A stretch of 17,040 nucleotides of DNA from Candidatus Hodarchaeum mangrovi (GTDB taxonomy: Archaea > Asgardarchaeota > Heimdallarchaeia > Hodarchaeales > Hodarchaeaceae), in contig JAEOUE010000211.1 of assembly GCA_016839515.1 (NCBI GenBank), forward strand, positions 1-17,040, in the 5' to 3' direction. Of this stretch, positions 8,748-15,560 are shown in pieces. Position 1 is the first letter of the stretch. Every line of letters starts with the position of its first letter. The notes below the pieces were generated by a model. The model ran no database searches. It worked only from the letters and a program-made list of their open reading frames with translations, and was not told the DNA's origin. The position numbers were made by a program, and so were the translations under genes.

Positions 8748-9311
8748 TTATTTAAGGCCTAAATGACTACGTAATGTACCATAATATATGAAATCAGCTC
8801 TATGAATGATTTGAGCTTCTTTACTCCTATAGAGTTCATCACCTTCGTGTGCATGAGCTAGAATAATATGACATATTTCATCAGGGAGTCCATGTTGTTT
8901 TGCTACCATTGCTCCATAAGCAGGATGACGAAATTGCCTAAATATTTCAGTGTCTCGAGTAAAAGAAGTCTCTTTTTCCTTTGATTCAGCAAGCTTGCCA
9001 ACATCATGTAGTAATCCTCCAATAATAAGAAAATCATAATTAATAGGAATGTTCATAGCTTCTTCAAACATTTGTGCTACCGATAACGCAATTTTAGTAA
9101 CCCAATAGGTGTGATGAGCTAATGTATATCGTGCATCGAATTGCATATTTAAAGTAAAAGGCATTTCCCAATTATCCCACCCCTTACCTCCATTTCCGTT
9201 TTCCATTAGATCTAAAATAATCAATTTTGCCTTTGATACTAATAACTGATCCTTTACTTGAGCTAATAATGTACCAAACTTTTCTTCAATATAAGATTCC
9301 TTTTTTTCCAT
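8748..9311 (-). CDS. HD-domain (HDIG-type) metal-dependent phosphohydrolase
   Basis: Complete H...HD...H...H...D ligand set: LAHHT, GGLLHDVGK, FRHPAYG, IILAHAHEG, IHRADF. Confidence 0.9.
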   Translation of the reverse strand: MEKKESYIEEKFGTLLAQVKDQLLVSKAKLIILDLMENGNGGKGWDNWEMPFTLNMQFDARYTLAHHTYWVTKIALSVAQMFEEAMNIPINYDFLIIGGLLHDVGKLAESKEKETSFTRDTEIFRQFRHPAYGAMVAKQHGLPDEICHIILAHAHEGDELYRSKEAQIIHRADFIYYGTLRSHLGLK

Positions 9312-9506
9312 ATTGATCTTAACCCTATAGATGATATTCCATACTAATCATCCTTTGCATCTGAAAAACTCTAAATTTAGAAATGAAAATAAAATTTTTT
9401 CATAATCGATGTTCATTGATTTGTTGATAGATTTTTACAAAAGTTTATGTTATGTTCTCCTTTTTTATCAGTTAACTCAATGATCATGAAAGAGAGGTTT
9501 TTAATT

Positions 9507-11051
9507 ATGCATATTAATGCTGTAGGTCGAAAAGTTCCTGGTATTCTTTTTGAGCGAGAATATAACCCTTATAAAGGAGCTTATGCAACTAATCCTATGG
9601 GATTCAAACAAGGAAGGAAATTTGCTTCTACAATTACCACTCCTATTAAGAAACGTATATTCGACGATCTAGAAGGTCTTATCCACGAAATTAAATTACA
9701 AGACGGAATGACAATAAGTTTTCATCATTGTCTTCGATATGGTGATCTTGTTATTAATCACATAATGGATACAATAGCAACAATGAGTCTTAAGAACCTT
9801 ACATTAGCAGCTACGGCTTTATTTCCAAACCATGAACCTCTTATTGAACATATACATTCAGGTGTCATTGGTGCCATTAGTGGTTCGATGAATGGACCTA
9901 TTGGTCAAGCTGTCTCAACAGGAGAAATAAATATTCCTACAAGTTTGAGGAGTCATGGAGGACGTGCACGAGCTGTTGAATATGGAGAATTACATTTAAA
10001 TATTGCGTTCATTGCAGCCTCAGCGGTTGATATTATTACAGGAAATATGAATGGGGTTCAAGGTCCCTCTGCATTTGGTGCAAATGGTTTTGCGAATGAT
10101 ACAGATTCTGTGTATGCGGATTGTGTCGTTCTAGTTACAGATAACCTTACTGAAGAACCTGTATATCCTGTAAGTATTCAAGGTTCAAATGTTGATTATA
10201 TATTGACAATAGATAAAATAGGTGATCCTAAAAAAATTATAGCTGGTAGCTTAGCTCAAAATGTAACAGAATCTCACTTGAAGATTGCAGAACAAGTCAT
10301 TGATATAGCGAAAGCTGCTGGTTATGTGAAAAATGGATTTAGTTTCCAAGCAGGGGCAGGCGGAGTAAGTTTGGCGACAACACAATTTTTACGAGAGATA
10401 ATGGCAGAAGAAAAAATAGAGGGTAGTTTTGTTCATGGGGGGACTACAAAAGCGGCGGTTGATTTACTCGAAGATGATCTTTTCCGTTGTATCTACGATG
10501 GACAAAGTTTCGACTTGGATGCCATAAAATCGCTAAGAGATAATCCAAGACACATTGAAAGTAGTGCACATAATAGCTATAATATTTGGGCGCCTGGAGG
10601 CCCTTTGGCAAACCATGTTGATGTAGTAGCACTTGGAGCAACCGAAGTGGATGTTGATTTCAACGTGAATGTCAATACTCATTCTGATGGCCTTCTCCTT
10701 CATGGAATAGGAGGACATACAGATGCAGCAGCTGCACGTTTAACCATTATTACTGTTCCATTAGCTCGTAAAAGTCCAATTATTCTTGATAAGGTAACCA
10801 CGATTTCCACACCTTCAGAATTAATAGATGTAATTGTAACTGATAATGGTATTGCTGTTAATCCCCGAAGAAAGGATTTGATCAAGCAATTAGAAAAAGC
10901 TGGAATACCTGTAAGGTCGATTAACGATTTACGTGATGAGGCTTATAGTCTTGCGTCTCCTATGGAACCAGAATTTACTGATAAAATCGTGACAGCTGTT
11001 GAATATCGTGATGGAACTCTTCTTGATGTTGTTTATCAGGTTAATACGTAA
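9507..11051 (+). CDS. citF: Citrate lyase alpha subunit / citrate CoA-transferase
   Basis: INAVGR N-terminus, DGMTISFHH, RSHGGRARA, FSFQAGAGG, GATEVDVDFNVNV, GIGGHTDAA, DVIVTDNGIAVNPRR and EYRDGTLLDVV motifs. ATG at 9507 follows GAGGT (9494-9498), giving 514 aa. Confidence 0.93.
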   Translation: MHINAVGRKVPGILFEREYNPYKGAYATNPMGFKQGRKFASTITTPIKKRIFDDLEGLIHEIKLQDGMTISFHHCLRYGDLVINHIMDTIATMSLKNLTLAATALFPNHEPLIEHIHSGVIGAISGSMNGPIGQAVSTGEINIPTSLRSHGGRARAVEYGELHLNIAFIAASAVDIITGNMNGVQGPSAFGANGFANDTDSVYADCVVLVTDNLTEEPVYPVSIQGSNVDYILTIDKIGDPKKIIAGSLAQNVTESHLKIAEQVIDIAKAAGYVKNGFSFQAGAGGVSLATTQFLREIMAEEKIEGSFVHGGTTKAAVDLLEDDLFRCIYDGQSFDLDAIKSLRDNPRHIESSAHNSYNIWAPGGPLANHVDVVALGATEVDVDFNVNVNTHSDGLLLHGIGGHTDAAAARLTIITVPLARKSPIILDKVTTISTPSELIDVIVTDNGIAVNPRRKDLIKQLEKAGIPVRSINDLRDEAYSLASPMEPEFTDKIVTAVEYRDGTLLDVVYQVNT

Positions 11052-11078
11052 TTTTTCGAAAATTTTTATTCAGGACAT

Positions 11079-11432
11079 CTATGAGCTTCGCTTAATTTTA
11101 TCAGAAAATAATTCTAAGGCAATCACAAATAACCTGGTCTGTAATATATAAAGAATTAAAGAAATGAATCCAAGCACAGCTGAAATTTTTCCAATCTCTG
11201 AAAATGAAAAGCCCATAGAAGACAAATTTGGTATTAAAAATGCCCCTTGGAGCACAAAAAGATAAAAAAGTACTCAGATTATTGACAAAAATTCACCAAT
11301 ACCTATTAATAGAAAACCATTATGTCTAGTTTGCTGATATGAAAATATTGCAACTAAAAGAATAAGCAACCCTAATCCTAATGAAACAAAAAGATGAATA
11401 TTTGTTGTTATAAAATCTAATAATGGAACTAT
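11079..11432 (-). pseudogene. Interrupted small multi-TM membrane protein gene (ATA start, in-frame TGA at codon 53)
   Basis: Manual translation gives IVPLLDFITTNIHLFVSLGLGLLILLVAIFSYQQTRHNGFLLIGIGEFLSII*VLFYLFVLQGAFLIPNLSSMGFSFSEIGKISAVLGFISLILYILQTRLFVIALELFSDKIKRSS*. SD-like GGTGGA lies just upstream. It fills an otherwise empty 556-bp gap. Confidence 0.7.
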
Positions 11433-11607
11433 TTATTTCCACCAGTATAATTATAAAATCCTCATTTAATTATTTTCAGTTTTTAGAATATATACAAATT
11501 GCTACCTGTCTTTAAAGCATGATTACTATTGAAAATTTGTATAATCTACCATTTTTTTACTTAAAATACTTCTATCACTGTTTTAGCATTAGACCATCAA
11601 GCAAATT

Positions 11608-12102
11608 TCAAAATCCCCAAGCACCCTTACCTAATTGCCTTTTAATTTCTAAAATTTGGCCACAGTGGGTAAAACAATGGTTAAAATGAAGCACGAACAC
11701 TTTCATAATATTTTTTCCTTGCCAATTCGGTGGAAACCCTTCTGTATTAGCGATCTGCTCAAACCACTCATTTTCTTTTAACAAAATAACTTTTGTAATA
11801 GTAACATTGAGAATCTTTAATTTCTCAAGTAGCTGATCAATTGTTTGATCTTTTGGTAAATCTCCTTCTGTATTAAAGCCAAAAACGGGAATAAGGTTAG
11901 AAAATGCAATCTGGTTTCCACAAACACGATGATTAATTGTAAAATCATGATTCACTAAAATGTGACCAATTGTCCATCCAATACTTGGTGCTGAATTCTC
12001 AGGTCTCCAAGAAAAATCTTCAACTGATAAATCTTTTATGATAAAACGGATTTGGTTTTCTAATGCATAGTTGAAAGTTTTAATTACATCTTTGACCTGC
12101 AT
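11608..12102 (-). CDS. DinB/YfiT-superfamily four-helix metalloprotein
   Basis: SWRP...PSIGWTIGHI and C-terminal HFNHCFTHCGQI provide the three-His DinB pattern; 164 aa. Confidence 0.85.
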   Translation of the reverse strand: MQVKDVIKTFNYALENQIRFIIKDLSVEDFSWRPENSAPSIGWTIGHILVNHDFTINHRVCGNQIAFSNLIPVFGFNTEGDLPKDQTIDQLLEKLKILNVTITKVILLKENEWFEQIANTEGFPPNWQGKNIMKVFVLHFNHCFTHCGQILEIKRQLGKGAWGF

Positions 12103-12141
12103 TGCTATCCTTGATTAGAGCATATTGGTATGTTTATAGAA

Positions 12142-12366
12142 TTATTGTTGAGGATAATTCTTCACTTGCCAATAATAATATATTCCAAAACATCCAAAAA
12201 TTATACCCAAAATAAGATAGAAGAAGAAAAGATAATATGCACTCTGGTTTTCCACTTCATATTTGATTAAAACTAGTAAAATTATTAAAGGTAACATACA
12301 TGCTAGCCAAATCACAAATAATAATGTTGATACAATAAATTTTGATCTTAACTGATAATAACTCAT
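12142..12366 (-). CDS. Small two-TM membrane protein (74 aa)
   Basis: Two hydrophobic stretches. ATG at 12366 overlaps the SDR stop as ATGA, consistent with translational coupling. Confidence 0.65.
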   Translation of the reverse strand: MSYYQLRSKFIVSTLLFVIWLACMLPLIILLVLIKYEVENQSAYYLFFFYLILGIIFGCFGIYYYWQVKNYPQQ

Positions 12367-13367
12367 AAAAGATCCATCTGTGCCATCCACTCTAGAGTTC
12401 GTTTTATACTTTCTTCTGCGGAAATTCGAGGAGAATATCCTAATTCGTTACGGATCTTGGAATCATCAAATAAACGATCTTTACCAAATTTAATAATGCG
12501 GTAACGGTTTAAAGTAGACTTTTTCTTAGTTATTTTACTGAGAATCTCACTAAGATATCCAATAGAATATGCAAGTTTATACGGATATTCTTTAGGGGAA
12601 CTTTTAATATTTAAGGATGTAACAATCTGATCATAAAGTTCTTTTACCGAAATTTCAAATGATTTTAGGTTATAGATTTGACCATTAGCCACATCGGGAT
12701 TTTTTATAATAAGAATAATAGCATGTGCAAGATCTTCAACATTAACCCAAGTTTGTAAGGCTCTTCCTTTGCGAATAAGTGGAAATTTATTATTTTGGAT
12801 TGCATTAACGATTTTTGCCATTTGAGTAGTATCCCGAGGTCCCATGACATTAGGAGGACGAAGAATGGTGGCCCTGATCTTTTTTGCAAGTAATGCTTGC
12901 TTAATATATTTTTCAGCAGCAACTTTACTTTTATGATAATTACCTTGAGGACCATACCGCATTTCTTCAGATATATAGACTCCTTCAATCCTGGGGTAAA
13001 CACCAGAGGAAGAAATATGAATCAAATGGTTCCCACTTTGAGATTTTATCATTACTTCAATAATATTAGATGTCCCCTCAGCATTAACCTTCATTAATTC
13101 AGAGAGAGGAGCCCAGTCGTCAGCTATGGCAGCTGCGTGTATGATGAATTGCGGATTAAAATCGTTTAGAATTTTAAATAAATTATCAAGATTGGTTATG
13201 TCTCCTTCATAGATTGTCATCCCCTTTGAAATTAAATCCTTAACTTTCTCTTTTCTCCTAACTAACAACCCAATGTCTGCTGGAGTGTACTCTTTTTCTA
13301 AACACTCAATAATATGACTCCCAATGAACCCTGTTCCTCCAGTTACAAAGACTTTCAAATATTTCAT
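12363..13367 (-). CDS. Extended SDR: NAD-dependent epimerase / 3-beta-hydroxysteroid dehydrogenase-like
   Basis: VTGGTGFIG Rossmann motif, IIHAAA, VNAEGT, HISSSGV, catalytic YHKSK (YxxxK), LRPPNVMGPRD and ELGYSP. Confidence 0.9.
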   Translation of the reverse strand: MKYLKVFVTGGTGFIGSHIIECLEKEYTPADIGLLVRRKEKVKDLISKGMTIYEGDITNLDNLFKILNDFNPQFIIHAAAIADDWAPLSELMKVNAEGTSNIIEVMIKSQSGNHLIHISSSGVYPRIEGVYISEEMRYGPQGNYHKSKVAAEKYIKQALLAKKIRATILRPPNVMGPRDTTQMAKIVNAIQNNKFPLIRKGRALQTWVNVEDLAHAIILIIKNPDVANGQIYNLKSFEISVKELYDQIVTSLNIKSSPKEYPYKLAYSIGYLSEILSKITKKKSTLNRYRIIKFGKDRLFDDSKIRNELGYSPRISAEESIKRTLEWMAQMDLL

Positions 13368-13439
13368 CCCAGTCGAAAGTTTTAGAAAAAGGCATTCAAT
13401 ACCCTTTTTGACCTTATCTTAAATATTATATTAAAAACA

Positions 13440-14114
13440 GTGATAATTTTGACTAATATTTTGAAGAGATCTTCAGTAAAAAAGGTCGTCCTTTCTCTCT
13501 CTCCTTTTATTCTTCTTTTATTCTCAATACATGTATTAAATATAATTAATTCCATTTATATCAACCCTCTTGATCAAATGTGGGATACTAGACAGTTTAT
13601 TTTAGGAATTTTTATGTTCTCAGGACTTTTGATATTCCCACGACTTGCTCAACTTGAAATTGCTTGGATAAATAATAAACCTAAAGTCTACATTAATTTT
13701 ACTCATCACCCTCTGGAGATCCGAGCATTTCATGAATTAAAAGTAAAGAATATGAGCTTCTGTGTAGGTTGTTTGGGAAGTTTTATTGGTCTCTTACTTA
13801 GTGAATTTATTTTCCTATTTTATTTTATTAGCATTAACTCTTTTCTATTCCAAAATACTAGAGAATTTTTTATTATTGGATTATTATTAATAGTTATATC
13901 CTACAGTCGATATCTTGTAAAATTGCCAAACTTAATTCGATTAATCCAGCATGCGAGTCTTTTTTTAGGAATAGCGTTTTTAGTAATAACGATAGATGTT
14001 TATTTTACTTCTACAATGTTTATGTTACTAATGTTACCTTCATGGATTTTATTTCTAATAACACGAGTCTATCTTGGGAAAAATGCTCATAAAGAGGCAT
14101 TTCATTTACACTAA
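13440..14114 (+). CDS. Multi-pass membrane protein with a His/Cys loop (DUF2085-like)
   Basis: About 6 hydrophobic segments. The loop FTHHPLEIRAFHELKVKNMSFCVGCLG precedes a TM helix. GTG start is uncertain. Confidence 0.7.
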   Translation: MIILTNILKRSSVKKVVLSLSPFILLLFSIHVLNIINSIYINPLDQMWDTRQFILGIFMFSGLLIFPRLAQLEIAWINNKPKVYINFTHHPLEIRAFHELKVKNMSFCVGCLGSFIGLLLSEFIFLFYFISINSFLFQNTREFFIIGLLLIVISYSRYLVKLPNLIRLIQHASLFLGIAFLVITIDVYFTSTMFMLLMLPSWILFLITRVYLGKNAHKEAFHLH

Positions 14115-14215
14115 TTCTGATATTTATAGATAAAATTACGAAATTAACTATAGTTAATGATATTTGCTACTAAATAATTATAGCTATTCAAGCAAAATTG
14201 CTCTGAATGTGATAT

Positions 14216-14548
14216 ATGATGACAAATGAAGAAAAAAAACGTGTTTTTGTACGACCAGACACAGATTTTGAATGTGGTTGCTCCGATGACGGTAATGCTG
14301 TTTATACATTCAAGTTTGAGATTCCTGGTGCAAAAAAAGAAAAAATTGACCTTAAAGTTATAAAAGATGGTATTCGTTTGATTGCTCCACGTAGTGATGC
14401 TGTAGACTATTATAGTGAAGTCTCATTTTGCTGTGAAGCGTTCATCGACGAGGTTTCTGCCAATTATGATAGTGGAATGTTGACTGTAGAAGTTCCTATG
14501 GATTGTCCTGATCCTTTCGCAGAAGCAAAGCAAATAACAGTCAGTTAA
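14216..14548 (+). CDS. Small heat-shock protein (Hsp20/alpha-crystallin)
   Basis: FEIPGAKKEKIDLKV, VSANYDSGMLTVEVP and a C-terminal IxV motif (KQITVS). Confidence 0.88.
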   Translation: MMTNEEKKRVFVRPDTDFECGCSDDGNAVYTFKFEIPGAKKEKIDLKVIKDGIRLIAPRSDAVDYYSEVSFCCEAFIDEVSANYDSGMLTVEVPMDCPDPFAEAKQITVS

Positions 14549-14569
14549 GACAATTTACATTTAATTATC

Positions 14570-14583
14570 TTTTTTTCTTTTTT
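14570..14583 (+). terminator. Archaeal-type oligo-T terminator of hsp20
   Basis: T7-C-T6 tract starting 22 nt after the stop codon, with no hairpin. Confidence 0.55.
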
Positions 14584-14597
14584 ATAGCTCATTTTTT

Positions 14598-15473
14598 CTA
14601 GCTGAGTTGAGTAACCGCTTTAGCTTTACGGCCTACCAAAAAATTCCCAAATAAAACAAGGAATAATGCTACACAAAAAGAAACAATTGGAGCGAAGAAG
14701 ATAAAGTTATTTCTCGGATGGATTATTATAACTAGTATAGTAGCGAACATTGCTGGAATAACTAAATATGTACCAGTTCTTAATAACCAAAATCCATTTG
14801 AATAGAAAGATTTGTTTAAATAGGGGACATTACGTCTTGGTAATCCCCCCATACTTGCAGAATCGGCAATAACTTTCTTTAATTGATCCCTTGAGGGCTC
14901 TTGGGGAAAATGAACTAATACGCGTTTGTATCTTTTACGAAAAATGCCAAAACTTAAAAGATCAAATAAAGCAAACAATATTGCTAAACCAAGATTTGCT
15001 AATCCGATAAAGATAGGAATTAAAAAAGGCAGTAACCAAATAATTATTACAATAATAGCAATTATTAGAAGAAAGATGGCAATTGCTCCTAAAGAATCGC
15101 TATTGCTTCCTTCACAATCAGTAGATGTACTAGAACAATCTGTTCCTGAACAATCGCAACCAGGACTACTTGAACTTCGTCCGCGATATTTTCTACCTAC
15201 TCTTCCTTGACTAATTGGATGAGAAGCTGCAGTTCCAGCTGGACGATGCGTTGGAGTCCTACCACATTGAACATCACCACAAAAATAATAACCTCGCCAA
15301 CATGATTCTTCTATTAAATAATAACTCTCTCCGTCTCCAAACTCCTGAATTTCCTCTTTAGGACAAATTGTGTCCCTTCGTGAAAGAGGAAGAATCTCTG
15401 CATTACCTAAACCATGATTATCACAAATAGTCCGTAATTCAACTCCTGAAATGCCATTAAATTCAATTTCCAT
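14598..15473 (-). CDS. Hypothetical membrane protein with a Cys-rich N-terminal region
   Basis: 291 aa with about 4 TM segments and 9 Cys before the first TM. GGAGAGGA SD-like site at 15481-15488. Confidence 0.8.
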   Translation of the reverse strand: MEIEFNGISGVELRTICDNHGLGNAEILPLSRRDTICPKEEIQEFGDGESYYLIEESCWRGYYFCGDVQCGRTPTHRPAGTAASHPISQGRVGRKYRGRSSSSPGCDCSGTDCSSTSTDCEGSNSDSLGAIAIFLLIIAIIVIIIWLLPFLIPIFIGLANLGLAILFALFDLLSFGIFRKRYKRVLVHFPQEPSRDQLKKVIADSASMGGLPRRNVPYLNKSFYSNGFWLLRTGTYLVIPAMFATILVIIIHPRNNFIFFAPIVSFCVALFLVLFGNFLVGRKAKAVTQLS

Positions 15474-15494
15474 CCAAGTTTCCTCTCCAAGCAG

Positions 15495-15510
15495 GTAGCT
15501 TATAAGTTAC
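15495..15510 (-). promoter_or_regulatory. Putative TATA box within a near-perfect dyad
   Basis: GTAACTTATAAGCTAC on the minus strand; TTATAA core about 30 nt upstream of the ATG at 15473. Confidence 0.4.
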
Positions 15511-15560
15511 AAAATTTTTTTCTTTATTAACTTTCCTAACACGATATGATTACAAGATTA

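Noticed and set aside
10444-10885. Three short minus-strand ORFs as a possible CitD carrier protein
   Set aside because: All lie antisense within citF and lack the CitD AGTLESSD-type motif.
11274-11276. Genome-wide TGA=Trp recoding
   Set aside because: Several genes end naturally at TGA, and the long ORFs contain Trp with no internal TGA.
12704-13097. ORFs 12704-13003 (-) and 12897-13097 (+)
   Set aside because: Nested in the SDR gene; no independent support.
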